A DNA stretch of 64,000 nucleotides from Chrysomallon squamiferum (lineage: Eukaryota; Animalia; Mollusca), in NCBI GenBank assembly GCA_012295275.1, contig CM022673.1, forward strand, positions 22,382,001 through 22,446,000, written 5' to 3'. This document shows positions 13,340 to 28,026 of this stretch, in pieces; position 1 is the stretch's first letter; each line of letters opens with the position of its first letter. The notes beneath the pieces are model-generated. The model ran no database searches, was not told where the DNA came from, and worked only from the letters and a program-made list of their open reading frames with translations. The position numbers were made by a program, and so were the translations under genes.

Positions 13340-13733
13340 TAGATATAGATATAGATATATAAAACAAATAAAATAAAATTCAGAGAAAATAATAATTTAA
13401 AATAATTAATATTTATGGAATCCTATAATGAAGCATATACACTTAACATTGTTACTGTTTAACTTGACAGAAATTGTATATATCACTAAATATATATAAA
13501 GTAATGTATATATTTTAGAGCCCTGATGGCTATTAGAGATTGCTGTTGTTTATATTAAATGCTTTATTTTTAATATAATAATCTTATGCTTGAACCCAAG
13601 AAAGGGCATTTGAGCAGTTCAAAGCTATTATACAACATACATGATTTGACTTCTCAATAAAGATTGCTGTATTCTTTAAATTATTATTATTATAATTATT
13701 ATTTTTAACAGCTTTAATAAAAAATATGGATGC

Positions 13734-13930
13734 AGGGCTTTTCCCCCCAGTCATTTCTCCCCTGCTGATTTCCCCCCTTGGTAATTTCAACCATGACAAT
13801 TCCCCCCTTATCTAGCTGTTTTAACTGTCAAATATTCAGTACAAGAGATCAATTTCTTTGGCATGGTAGGCAGGGGGAAATGAACCAGGCGGAATTGACA
13901 AGGGGGAAATATCCATGCGGGAAATGCCCT
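13734..13930. mobile_element. MITE-like imperfect palindrome with ~15-bp subrepeats
   Basis: GC-rich island in AT-rich DNA. The left half has five ~15-bp units of ATTTCCCCC type starting AGGGCTTTTCCC. The right half has four complementary GGGGGAAAT units ending GGGAAATGCCCT. No target-site duplication identified. Confidence 0.55.
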
Positions 13931-16339
13931 AGAAGCAAAAAGATAAATACAGAATAGTCAGGGAATCAACTTACATTATAAATTTTATCATTATTAAAAA
14001 GTATTATAAAGCAGCAAGTACGTAATAACAAAATCAATTAAAGAAGTTATATATCAAGTAAACAAATAGCAAAAATTACCTTGATAATATACAGTATATC
14101 TTCATTGTATGGCTTAATGATATATGTTATTAAAACTGTGTATACAAAATAATTATTACAAACAAAATGATCCACCGTAATATTAATAAATACAACAAAA
14201 AAACTCTACAGTATTTACAAGTCTGATTCCTACTTCACAATTACAAATTAATAGTAAAGGTTGGTTCACACTGTAACTTGTCACTGCATGACTAAAACCA
14301 TACTGTATAAACAAAATAATATTAGATGCATAATACTGTCACATGAGGTGAACCAGTAAGACCAATATCTTAGTAAGCACATTTTAAGCTTAACTTTTCA
14401 GTATGTTAGTTTGAAAATAACAATGGCTGTTTTTATAACAGAAACAAAAAACAAAATTACAACAAAGTATGCTTAAATCAAACCTCATATTAATTACATT
14501 CTTATGCGATCATCAAATGTGCTGTTGTAAGAAAAACAAATAAATCAAATGTGACGTAAGTGCAAAGATGCACATATTTACATAAAATTGTTAATGTTTT
14601 TGGGCAAAAGTCAAACAAAGAACCAAACAGAACTGACCAATTTTTTAAACTGTTAAACGTTCAGTGGCAAAGTTTTTTGGTTTTTGTTTTTGTTTTTTGT
14701 TTTTGTTTTTTTGTTAGAAGAGAAATGGAAACCAAAAATTGTTAAGCAAATTTTCAGGTATATTTTCATATTATTATATTTGAAGAAAATATAAAAAATG
14801 TAACTGTTATTAATAATAAGATATATATAAAAATGTATCATGAATGTTACTATTAAACACACAAGTCCACTGGACTATCACACTGATATAAATTTATTTA
14901 AAAGATATAAATATTTAGTATTGCTTTTTTCAAGTTATGTTTTAATAAATATTTGTCACAGAATTAAACAATTAAGAAATCTATTTTCATTTTCACAAGT
15001 ACATGAGTTTGTTTTAACCTAATTATTTTCTTTAAAATGGACAATACATAAGAAGTGCTAAACATAATAATTAAATATTATTAATACATAAAATATAATA
15101 TCTTTTTATTCACCTGACAAATTTTTTAATTTACTAACAACAAAATATCACCTATTTAGTCAATTAACCACTGATTGTTATCTACTGATTTATCCAATGA
15201 TTACATTTTCTAATTTTATTTATTTGTCAATACATGATCTGTTACTTACATTTCAAATGTTAATCTATCCATTTTACTGTTTAATAAATTGCTTATAAAA
15301 GAGTTTTTTCAATTCACACATTTTGAAACAAATGTATTTATCCACAATTCTGCTATAATCCTCTTTTTTTTTTTTTTTTTTTACAAACAACGTTAATGTG
15401 GTGTGTGATATATTTCATATTAAATGTTAAAAACAATAGCTTTAATATACAATTTGATATAACAAAAACATCCATCAAAAAACTATAAAAATTATGCTGT
15501 TCATATTATTTGGTACTTTAAAATAATAGTTGTAGAAATAATTTTTGTAAATGTCTGAAAAATACAGAACTCTGATAGGCACTGATACTGAGTGAAAATG
15601 AAATATTCTTTTAAAAAATGTTTAAATTATTATTATTATACACCTTTGTAACCATACATGAACAGAGTAGATAATATTATTTCAAATAAACAAGCAAAAT
15701 TTTTGATTTGAAATTTGAATAATTATCATTTTTTTTAATTATTATTACTTATAATAAATTGCCTATCTCACAAATGTGTCATCTTGAAAGACATGTAAAA
15801 TAATCTCCAATCAGTCAGAGATTGTGCATTATCACAAATAAAATCTCCCATAAATAAAAACTAAAACCAATGAAATGAAATCAGCTCAGCTGATAAAACT
15901 GCATAAATGATGTTTCAATTTATATTTACATGATGTCTGATAATGCACAATCAAAGCATTTTGCATTATTAGTGTTTGTGTGCATGGATGTTTGTGTAAA
16001 ATAGAGAAAGGCAAGTTTATATTAAGAATATACATATATTATAATATGCAAGTACATATTTTAATTGTCCTAAATTTTTTCTCCTGTATGAATCAAACAA
16101 ATTCACAAAGGTGTGGATAATATCAATACTAATTAAATATGCTATTTCATCTCTGTATTATTTACAAATCTGTTCAAATATGCAGAAAATTAGTATAATG
16201 AAATGGGTTGTCTCCCTTTGAAATGAAAATGCATCATCCTAACTTAAAATAAATATAAATACTAATATAAAAAATAAATAAAAATAAAAATTGAACTGTT
16301 ATTGCTGCCTTGGCTGAATTTGGTATTTCAATAGTGACC

Positions 16340-16780
16340 TAGTAGAATATTGCACTGTAAGGAGACCAAAGAAATATTCCAATGCAGAAGTGACCTCGTA
16401 GAGAATATTCAAGTAAAAGTCATCCAGTACAATTCAATAACATTCTATAAGATATCCAAGTAAAGTATTTTACAAGAATCAAGTAAACCTTCAGATGTGA
16501 AACTGAAGTGGAACATTCTTCAAGGACCCCAGTTAGAACATTCTATTACAAGATCTCAAGCAGAACATTAGATATGAACATTAGATTTCTTAACGTTGTG
16601 TAATAGGAACCATAAATAAAACAAGTAGGATACCATGCAGGTCATTGTGGTACCAGACAAATCTTTGAATATTCCAGACATTATTTTCTGCAGAACATTC
16701 TAATATTAAGAACATTTCAGTTGAAAAATATTTCAATTTAGTCTCCTTCTGGAATATTCTATTACAATGAAATACTGCAG
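16340..16780. repeat. Degenerate short-period repeat (AGAACATTCT/GAATATTC core) just downstream of the SOAT stop codon
   Basis: GAAnnTTC occurs at 16403, 16511, 16536, 16667, 16693 and 16752, within recurring CAAG(T/C)AGAACATTCTATTACAAGA-like units. Confidence 0.55.
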
Positions 16781-16838
16781 AAAAGATTTGTTCAGTGAAG
16801 AGTAATTCTCTTGTTCCAATAGTTCTCTTGAGCTTGTG

Positions 16839-19800
16839 TTAAATCTTAATGCCAGCAAAATCACAAGTCCATGATCTTGGTATGAGGTAGTCCAAAAAGT
16901 TATCCTGAAGAATGAAAAAATTAAAAAAACATAAATAATTTTAAATATTAAACAGCTGAACATTTGCTTTCATTTTTTTCTTTTTTAAAGATTATTGAGA
17001 AGATGTTATTCCTTAATGTAACCCAGAATAAATCTCATTTGCTTTCATGATTTATTCAGAATATTTATTTATCTGAAATAATAAATCTGTTAAGACTACA
17101 AAGAGATTATACATTAAGAAAGCAGATGCAGTAACATACTAATTTTGTATAATCATATAACTAGCTTTATATATAAATAATTAAGAGGAGAAAATTAAAC
17201 AAAAAAGGAAGCAAACATACACTATATTCCTAAAAACATGTTTTTAATGAAAAAAATAATGTACATCAGTGATCAGTCTTAAATAAAGAAGGATAAGTGT
17301 AAAAAAATAAAAAAATAAAAAAATAAAAAAATAAAATAATATATATATTTTAAAAATAAATTTCAACAACACAAAATTATAAAACTAAATAAAAAGAAGT
17401 AAACAGTCTGCTTACTGAATTAACAGGACAGTTTTGTCTGGCATACCACTCCATACTGTACAAACACATGAGAAGTCCATTTCCTGTAAACAGTGCAACC
17501 CACATGAAAACATTCCAACTACGAGAGGAGCCTTTATCTGTCAGGAAGATAAATCCAACTGAAATAAAACAATAACAGTGCATGTATTTTTCAGTGTGGT
17601 ATTTCAAAACAAAAAAATGACAGAACTTTCATTTGTATTTTATAGAATAACTGCATTTATTTTTCAATATAAAATGTTACATTATATTTGTTGCAAAACA
17701 TTAATATTTTATATGTATGATATTATGAAATTATGTATTGTTTTGATTTAATCATTGTTTTTCTGACACTTAAAAAATAAAAAATGCTTGCTTTAAACAA
17801 CATAATATAAATAATAATGGTAATGAAAATAATAATTAAGATAAAATATTCATATTTTAATCAACTTGTTAAACTGCATCTACATGTATTAACAACAGCT
17901 ATTCTTTAATAATTTAACTGTCTTTAAGATAAATAAATAAATAAATAAGTAAATAAACACACAACCACATCCAGCAAACATGACAAAGAGGACTGGGTAG
18001 AAGAAGCCAAATGATACAATTAGAACATATTCATGGAAGACAGCCGATATGAGAAACACTCCCGCCATTGCTGCTGCTCGATTCCTGTACCCTAGAGCCT
18101 GAAAGAAGATGTAAAAAATAAACACATAACAAGATACAAGATGTAAAAAATAAACACAGAACAAGATACCAGATGTAAGAAATAAACACACACAAGATAT
18201 AAGATGTAAAAATGAAACACATAAGATGCAAAATAGAATGAAACACGTAACATGATATAAGATGAAAAAATGAAACACATAACAAGATGCAAAATAGTAA
18301 TGAAAATAATATACTGCGTAATTTCTAATTACTTAAAACAAACCTTGCAGATATCTTTGTACACATAGGTATAAAGCCAGTCATGAACAACCACATTCCA
18401 TGTGCGGTAGTAGTTGGAAAACGTTGTTGAATTCCACCAATCCTGTACATTTAATAAACAAATTGTAAAGTAAGTATACACGTGATCTACATTTAGATTT
18501 AAGCATAAAAAATACCAGAAAATATAAACATGTTTACTGGTTTTTAAAATAACTAATATACAAATATATATATATTTTTCTTATAATAAATATATATAAT
18601 ATATATTTGTGATATTTTAGATAATTCTTTCTTGGGAATTTATATTTTCTTTTCATTTAAATAATATTTAGTAACTCTTCAATCAAATACTGAACACATA
18701 AAATAAAACAAAAAACATTTAAAAAATAAACACTGACCTTGTAAAACAGTCTGTCAGCAAACCTGAGCATCTCAGCAAATGCATTCAGCCATGAATGGAG
18801 AATGGCAAAAAATGCTGAAAGATAAAAAACTTTTTTAAAAATTTAAAAATTTAAAAATTATATAATAAACAACTTGGTTACTCTCCAAAAATACATATAT
18901 AAAAAAATATATATTTCAAGAGATAAAAATTTAAAATTTTATAATGTTCAAACAAGAAAGATAAATGTCATCAATAAAAAGTATAAACAATCTCCACAAA
19001 AAATATTTTGAGACTTTTCCATCCATACAGAAAATTGAAATAAGGGAGGTATCCTACCTATGAAAAGAACCAAGGTGCCTGGCAGCATGCAGCCAAATGC
19101 AGACAGGAGAAGAGCTTTCGGTGTGACGTGTTCCTTGTTGAAATTTCTAAATACAGGGACACAGAATCGCTCAAATATGTAGTATGTGTACAACAAACAG
19201 GCTCCAACCTGGGCAAAGTTACTCACAACATAACTCCAACGTACTGAGTGCGTTCTGAAATTGATACATTTATTTAATTTTCATTAAGTGCATTTTTCGT
19301 GTATGACAATTTCCAAGTAAATAAATAAATATATAAATGAAATGTTGTTAATATTATTATTATATTTTTTTAGGTTTTTTTCCTTATTTTTTTTATCACA
19401 TATTAAATATGAAAACAACATGATTCTTAGTTTAAGTGAAAACAATTAAACATGAGACTGTCAGTCACCTGGGATACGAGTCTCTGTAGATAAGTGTTGG
19501 AGCAAACAGAAAATAAAGATATTTTGAGAAATCTGGACAAGGTGAGTTGTCAGGATTGTCTGAAAAATAAAAAAATAAAAAAATAAAAAAAAATGTGGAT
19601 TTATGAATAAAAAGAGTGATGGTCAAACAGAGACAATCATACACAGATACAAATTTTGATGACTGATTCATTGATTTAATGCATAATAATTATAACCAGA
19701 GTGTAAAAAAATCCTCACCATCATTCTTTTTAAACTCAATGACTCGTGGAATATTCGATCTCACAAAGGCATGAACTTTCATGACTAATCTTAACTGAAA

Positions 19801-22800
19801 TAAATATTTAGAACATTCACAATATAAAAATAAAGTTAATTCCAGATGTTCTTTATTATTTTCTGTTTATTAAAGAAGCACAAAATTTTGAAATGAAATA
19901 GAATTTTGAAACAGTTTCAAAGACAAATTTAATATATAAATAAGTTAACTTGTAAATCATACCACTCTAAAATCTAATAGTCCTAAACAAATTCATTACA
20001 GCAGCTTGCTAAACACTGGATTTAGTGTTACAGAAACAAATGTATTTGGTGAATAAAAAAGGTTAAATCTTTGGTAAAAAAAAGTTGAAGTTTATAAATA
20101 TGTTGTTTAAATTAAACCTGTTCACAAGTAATTATCACAGATGAAGCTGGGGGAAGCTGATTCTCGTAAACATACTTGACAGGTAGAACCAGAAACAGAA
20201 TTTCAAAGAAACAAAATAGAGCAAGGAAGACATAGTCAAGTTTTTCTGAAAAATAATTTTAAATCACTTTTATTATATTTTTTAAATATTATGAAAATTT
20301 TAATTTATTTATTTATTACTTTTTATTTTTTTATTAATGATAGTTTTAATCAATTAAAAAAAAGAGTATTTAATATATCTTTGTGTTTTATAATGAATAT
20401 GTTATTCAGGACACAGCAATAAATTAAATGTTTTCACATAACATATTTACTGATTCATGAATATCTGTGTAATGCATGACCAATTTTTATGGAAAATTAA
20501 CAGTTACATAAATTAATTTCCTAAATTACATGTAATAAGAGTGAAAAATAATAATTCATAAAAAATAAAACTCAATAAAATGGACTCACTGACTGGTCCA
20601 GGAGGCCGTGTCCTAGTCCAGTAATAGAAGGCAGGGTACACAACGAGGAGAGTGCTTCCCTGCATACATACCCACAAAAACATCACTTTAGGAATTTTAC
20701 CCATGGCCCAGTGAATGAGATCAAAATCAAGACACAGCCTTGAAAGAACACTGTTTTGTTAACAACTTCTATACAAAGTTAGCTTCTTTACTAAAATAAT
20801 TAATGTATCATCATCATCATCATAATTTTTGTTTGTCACTGTTATTAATAATTATTAATTATTACTGTCATTATTGTCATAATTATCATTATTATAATAT
20901 TATTATTATGATCATTATCCTTATTATTATCATTATCATTAACATCCTCACCTCTGTTTTTCCACGTAGTCATATATGAGGGTTTGTAAACTGAACACAA
21001 CTAAAATTGCCACAAAAATGTGATAAATAGTTCGTATGTGACTTATCTCAAACAGATCACTGAAAAACAAAAAACAAAAATAATTGTAAGTTATTTACCA
21101 AGAAAGAATTATATTTTATTATCCTTCAACTATGTGAGGTAATTATTAAGAGATATAATTTAATCTTTCACAGACAAAACATTAATTGTTTTGGGGTTTT
21201 AAAATAAAAATAAACTCACGTAAGCACTGATCTTCTATTGACAAATATTTTATCTGGCAGTTCATCATGACTGCTTCTTTCTTTTCTGAAAAAATAAATA
21301 AAAAATAAACACTCACAGCATCAGATGAATTTTAATTATTTGTTTTTCTCAGCTTCAGAATTATTTCTCTCTTTAATTAACAAATTGTTTTTTAAATTTA
21401 AGAATAAAAATAACTAACTTAAACAATATTTTAATCAGTCCATAAATTAAAAACAATGCATCAGTATAATTTTTATAATATAAATGTTCTTTTATTAAAA
21501 AATGAAATTAACACAAATTAATTCTGAATGGTAATGTATATTATTTTCTTCCAGGAAAAACAGAACTTTGTATGCTGTATACTCACTTGTGGGGGTGTGG
21601 ACAGAGATTACTATTTGTGCCATCAAGTTCAATCTGTTCCACTTCATTGACAAATGTATCAAACAGTTCTGTCAGTTTACCATTCAATTTGTCTATTGCT
21701 TCACTTCTAAGTTGCTGAAAACATTTGTAATTTGTTTTTATGAAAATAGATACAAACTTTATATTGGTAATATTAAGACACATCCCAAATTATTAAATAA
21801 TCATTAGCAAGACAATATTCCAGTATATTATTAAACACCTATATATACACACTCACAAAAAAGGAAAAAAAGAACCCTGAAAAAAAATAAAACTTATTAA
21901 ACAATCTAGCAAAAGAAAATTCAGAATATTTTCATTACATTACTATCGTGTGAACTGAAAGTATTAGGTCAACATTACTAAGACTTAATGAAAAATAATA
22001 TTACTGTTAAAATATTATAATGTCAACATCATCCGTTATCTAAACACATACATAAATATAACAACAAATCATGCAGAATATTATGTCAAAGCAACAAATA
22101 ATTTATTATTAGAAAACTGAGTAGAGGTTTTTAAATTAAATGAATATTTGCTAAAATCTACTGTTGATATAATAAGAAGTCTGAAAAAATATTCAAGGAT
22201 TGAATGCAATTTAATCAACAAATGTACCAGAACATTTATAATTTGCTAATGAACTACATTACTGAATCAGAGTAATTATTAAAAATTTGGAAAACATTAA
22301 ACTTACTACTATATAATTGTTTATACAGAGTTACAGGTAAAAGGTGTGTATTTACCTGAGCATGGTCCCTGATTCGTTGAAGATTAATCTGTCGGTATGG
22401 GCCATTTTGAACAGGGCTATCTGAATCTAATGTATATTTATATAAAGAATTAATTTCATTACTATAAAGATACAAAACAAAAGAGTTCAAAAATAGATAA
22501 TACACACAAACTCCCTAATAAGAAATTAAATGAACATTAAGACCATTGAAAATACATAATATTAATAAATACAAACACTGTCAGAGTCATTTGTCAAAAA
22601 GGCAAACATAAAAATAATTTTCTAGTGGACTAGTCACATACATAAAGCAAAATTAAAATATTTTTCTTTCAAAAATAAATAAATAAATAAAGTATTTATA
22701 AACTTAACAAATTAAGATCCTTTATCATAAAATAATAAATATTTTAATGTGTATATATGCCAAATTTAATTATCAGTGTTGTCATAAAATTATTAATTGT

Positions 22801-25800
22801 TTAAAGTATCACTTAAATAAAAGTTTTATTTCATTCATTCACTCAGTGAACACAAACATGAACACACATTCCTTTTTACCTCAAAACTTACACAAAACCA
22901 ATAAAATACATAACACATTCTGAAATATGCATCAAACATAGATATGTACAAATATCCACAGTGAAAAATATATTTAAATATACAGATATGTCAAACTAAC
23001 AGAGGTACATACTGTATTGCAGTAATAACTTATTCAATATGGGGTCTACAACAAGCCACATGTCAGAACGTTTTGAACATACCTGCTGTTTATCTCCAAT
23101 TTTCCTAACATTTTGTTTTTACTTTGCATTAACAGAATTTTCCTGTCTCAGAATGTAAAACATGTTAGTTATTCAAGCTGTTTATTTCCAACAACTCATG
23201 ATTTTTTTTCCTTTGCAACTGATTTGCTTATCTTGTATTCTTTTTATATGTACTTGCAAACCTGTGTACACTTTCTGGGTTTTTACAGAGCAAAAATGTT
23301 CTAATTCAGTATATGAAAATAACTTTATACTTCCAAAATGTCTTGTATCTTGTACAATTTTCTCTGAATAGAAACCAAACGTTGATTTGATGAAAATGAA
23401 TCTGGCAGGCAGATTTTGACAGTTTTTAGTACAAACAGGACATTTCACCTGCAAAGGTGAGCAAGAATAAATATATCATACGGCAGTGAGACAAAAAATG
23501 TTAACTTTGAAAGTGGAAAGTTTTCATCTTCTTTAAATAATAACTGTATTCTAATAAATTTAAAAAAAAAAAAAAAAAAAAAAATAGATAAAATAAACAG
23601 ATATAATGCAAAAAGTTTATCAACAGTTCAATCAAATTTTATCAAATTTTTTTTAATAAAGAAAGTGAAATCAGAAAATTGGGATTTCACTAAAATATTA
23701 ATTTGTTCCATTTAAGTCAAGTAACAAGTAATTTTCAAAAAGTTATTTCTATAAATATCATTCGATATAATAATATATAACTAATAAGCCCTTTCTCTAA
23801 GTATATGTGAATATATACATACAATGTTGTTCTGCAACATAAGATTAGTTTCATCTGTGATGATATAAATAAGAATTAAATACTTTCTGTGTTATTTCCA
23901 AGTATTAATATTATTGTTAACTAAAGAACATATCTCTTTTAATAACAATTTGGTATTTAGTAAAATATTAAGTGAATTTTTATTTTATTTTTTTAAGAGG
24001 TAATTATATATCTATATATACAAACACATACACATTGATATATATACTGATACACATTAACAAACAGATACAACATAACACATTAAGAAATACAGATACA
24101 ACATACACACACTAACACATACAGATTCAACATATACATATTAACAAACAGATACAACACACATATACAATATATACACATTAACAAACACAGATACAAC
24201 ACACATATACAACTTACACACATTAACATGGACACAATAAACACACATCAGCAAACACAGGCACAAGATACACACAGATACAACATCCATACATTAACAC
24301 ACAGATATACCATATGCAAATTAACAAACACAGATAAAATATATGCACATTAACAATTACAGATACAACATATGCACATTAACAAACACACAGATACCAC
24401 AAATACACATTAACAAACACAGAGATATAACATACACACATTAACAAACACGGAGATAGAACATACACACATTAACAAACACAGATACAAACATACATAC
24501 AGATACAAAATACACACGTACAAAGTGAACGTGTTACAAACACACCCACACACACATACTGATGCAGTAATTCACTCCTTTCTCGCTATCTACTTCACTA
24601 TCAGCGTCTAGACAATGGTGGACATCTGTGTCACTGTCAATACATACACAATATACTTGACCTTATTATTCTGTACATAAACAATAGAAATATCTTATCA
24701 ACCTGAGGAAATCAACAACTCAGCTCTGTGGATTATCTCCAAAAGTTTATTATTCAGATGTTTACTAATTAAACTTTTAACATTATAATCATATTTATGT
24801 GCTAAAAACTTGATTGTACATGTCTCCTGTATGGCAATAACAATAATAATATACCACCAATATTACAACTTTGTGAGTTATCTTTTAGCAAATGCTTATT
24901 TACTTCAATTTGTTTTAATTCAAATTATCAATTTACACATTTAGCAGGTCACATAAAAACTATAATGAAGAAAACAAAGACATCAACACATACAGACTCA
25001 CAAACACATGTAGCAGACCATTGATTTACACTAACTGCATGATAGTAACAGTAATAATACTAATAATTATCTTGTAACTTAAACAATTAACAGGTTTATA
25101 TATACAGTTAACTCAAATATATATGTTAACAGATTTAATATGTACAACAAGTTTGTTACAAAATTACAAAAAGGTAACAAGATGTAAAATTAAAAATGTC
25201 AGGTTTAGTCAAACCAAATTCAGCTAGTATTATCTATTTAAATCTACATTAATGTTACATACTGTTACTTTTTAAAATTCTTTGTGTGAAGATAATAATT
25301 AATAAATATATATTTTTGCTTAACTGAACCATTTCAGACCTATGTTTTTGGATTAAAAACGATACTTTTATAGTATCATTTTTTACCTTATTATGGAAAG
25401 GTGAAAAGTTTCATTTTCAGAACTGATTGGTTGATATTTTTAAGCATTAATTCTGAGCATGAATATTCTGAAGTTAGAACAATATTGTGATAGTGTAAGG
25501 ATTATTATGTACTAAAGAATCAGTGGGTTAAGAGAAAAAAGATAATGTTGCTAGAGTAATGGAATAAATATTATAAAGAAAATTATTGCTATTGCGTGTC
25601 CTAGTGACTAATGCAGACTTCATGATTTTGACCTCTTGTATCATAGTTTCTTACAAAACACTCAGTTGTAAGTTATCACAGAATATTCAGTGTACTGCAG
25701 CACTTATTCAGTGGTCCAGTTTTGTCTCTTATCACATATCAAATTTTTCTTATTTGACACCATACCCTCTTTTCTGAAAGGGCAGAAATGACAAATTCTG

Positions 25801-26808
25801 AGTGGATCTACCACTTCCATCATAAATATTAACTTTTATTTCTAATAAGTTTTCATCATCAGTGGGTTTTTTTTTATCATTCCAAATAAAAGGAAATTAA
25901 ACAGAATAATAATAATAATTTTTTTCAAAAATTAAATGAAATATAATATAAAAAGTGGGCTTGATACACTGCATAAATTTACCCTCAGTAGTAAAGTGTT
26001 AAACAAAGCAGTTTAATCAAAAATGTATATCAGAATAACCAAACAGTTCAGTGATGAAATGGTGATCTGAATAATCTGCAGTATATATTAAACTGAAGAT
26101 GATATAGCTCAACATGACTATATAGCCACTACCTCTTGTTACTCCTTGACCACAATTGAGCAGACAAAGATTCAAGGTTAATTTTTCATAATCAATTAAT
26201 ATATGAAGGCTTGATTATTATTAAATTGCTTTTACAATTTATTTTTTACACATTATTAAAATGAAATTTATTCTGTCTTTGTATAACTTTCTTTTTTTTT
26301 TTTTTTTTTCTTAATTACTATTATTATTGTAATTAAAATTTGTATACATCTTAACATTTTACCGCATATATTTTGGATTTTATTTGTTTTGTTGTTTTCA
26401 TTTATTTACTTATTTATTTATTTTTAATAATGTAAATGACACTCATCAACTAATGTACCACGAAATAAAACTTGCTTAAAATATCCTTTTAAATGGAGTC
26501 CTATAATACAATTGGAATCCACGTACGTCACAATCATATTCATCAAAAATAACATTCATAGTCATACTGTATCAGTGTTACAGTGTTACTGACCACTGAG
26601 TCATTGTGAGTGTATGTTTTATGTGTACGAAAACAACAACAAACGTGTTTATCACTCTTAACCTAACTTAAGCAGAAATCTTGTGGAAATAAAATGTTTA
26701 ATGACTTCACAACATTCAAAACAACATAACATAATTTAATCTAGACTTACCGTTGTTCACCACATTCCCATTACCGATTTGTTGATCAGAGCCGTTTTCA
26801 TCGGCCAT
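16839..26808 (-). CDS. SOAT1: Sterol O-acyltransferase (ACAT/SOAT, MBOAT family), 15 coding exons, about 530 aa
   Basis: Exons 26808-26751, 22426(or 22420)-22356, 21714-21587, 21285-21220, 21059-20952, 20738-20590, 20245-20118, 19794-19719, 19559-19469, 19254-19058, 18814-18738, 18442-18344, 18098-17963, 17558-17416 and 16904-16839 splice in frame (1593 nt). Motifs: [85 protein letters not shown], catalytic SAVFHEY, PRSWTC. Confidence 0.97.
18103..18296. repeat. About 31-bp minisatellite filling most of a SOAT intron, abutting the acceptor site
   Basis: AAGATGTAAAAAATAAACACATAACAAGATA-like unit repeated about 6 times between exons 18442-18344 and 18098-17963. Confidence 0.85.
24030..24520. 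repeat. About 26-30-bp minisatellite in SOAT intron 1
   Basis: CACATTAACAAACACAGATACAACATA-like unit repeated many times with drift. Confidence 0.88.
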
Positions 26809-26829
26809 GCTGGTTGTTTTGGGTTAAAA

Positions 26830-26847
26830 TGACACGTGTCACGTGAC
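26830..26847. promoter_or_regulatory. Two overlapping palindromic E-boxes just upstream of the SOAT start codon
   Basis: TGACACGTGTCA (26830-26841) overlaps GTCACGTGAC (26838-26847), 22-39 bp upstream of the ATG at 26808. Confidence 0.55.
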
Positions 26848-27315
26848 TAAGACGTTTCCACATCAGTTTCCGTGACTTGCGAAACACATTTTATATCAGA
26901 GTTAATGAACTTATCGGAAACACTTTGCACCAATCAACACATGCGATTTCGGATTAATCTTTTTCGTTATTAAAACAATCAGGTCACGGGTAAATGGTTG
27001 GGTGTACAATTTTGGCATTAATTTTTTAATACGTGATACTTTGACCTTTTTATTTATTTATTTATTTATTTATTTTATTACCTACGCGTTGAAGATTACA
27101 ACTCAGAAAGTGTGCTTAGAAATGAAGCAAATATGAATTTATCGCACGCTCACTCAGTGATTGATGTTATATGACTAGTATTTTAAACTGTTAGTGTTAG
27201 TAAATATAAAATTTAGATAGCATCTTGAATTCTTCACAAGCACCTTCTCTACAGTTTAAATTCTAAATTATTCATAAAACGTATAGGGTCGAACGTTACT
27301 TTATTTCAATTTTTC

Positions 27316-27361
<46 letters not shown>

Positions 27362-27492
27362 GTAATGGTAATAGTAACTCCTGAACATTACAAGTATAGG
27401 AATATATTTGACATCATGTTATTTAGTCCTTGTCCAACATTTAGGACAGTGTAAGCTGTCGCAATTGATTGATCATTACTGTAAGCATCATC

Positions 27493-27570
<78 letters not shown>

Positions 27571-28026
27571 GACGTCATAACACACATAAAAGTAGAGAGA
27601 GACTCACACAAATATACATACATACATAAATATATTTTATGACCCATCAGTACAAAAATGGAGAGACACAGAATTAAATATGCCTTTACTCAATACATTA
27701 TGTAGTTTGTAGTTAAATTGTATACATGGATCAAAAACTATCGCCTCAGAAACTAATTTTTACTGATCGATATTTGTTAATTTAATTTTAAAACTATTCA
27801 TATTCAAAATTATCACCTCTTTTATGAAATTCTGGATCTACTCCTAGTTAGCCTTACACATTTTAAATGATACATTTTAACTAACACCATAATAAATATT
27901 ATCACGAAATTTAAAAAAAAAAAAAAAAAATAATGGGTTTTACATTCTCGTGTAAAATTAAATTACATTAACCTAGAACTTTGTACTTCTAGTCCGGTTG
28001 CCAAACCCCAGATTTTTGGAGAACCT

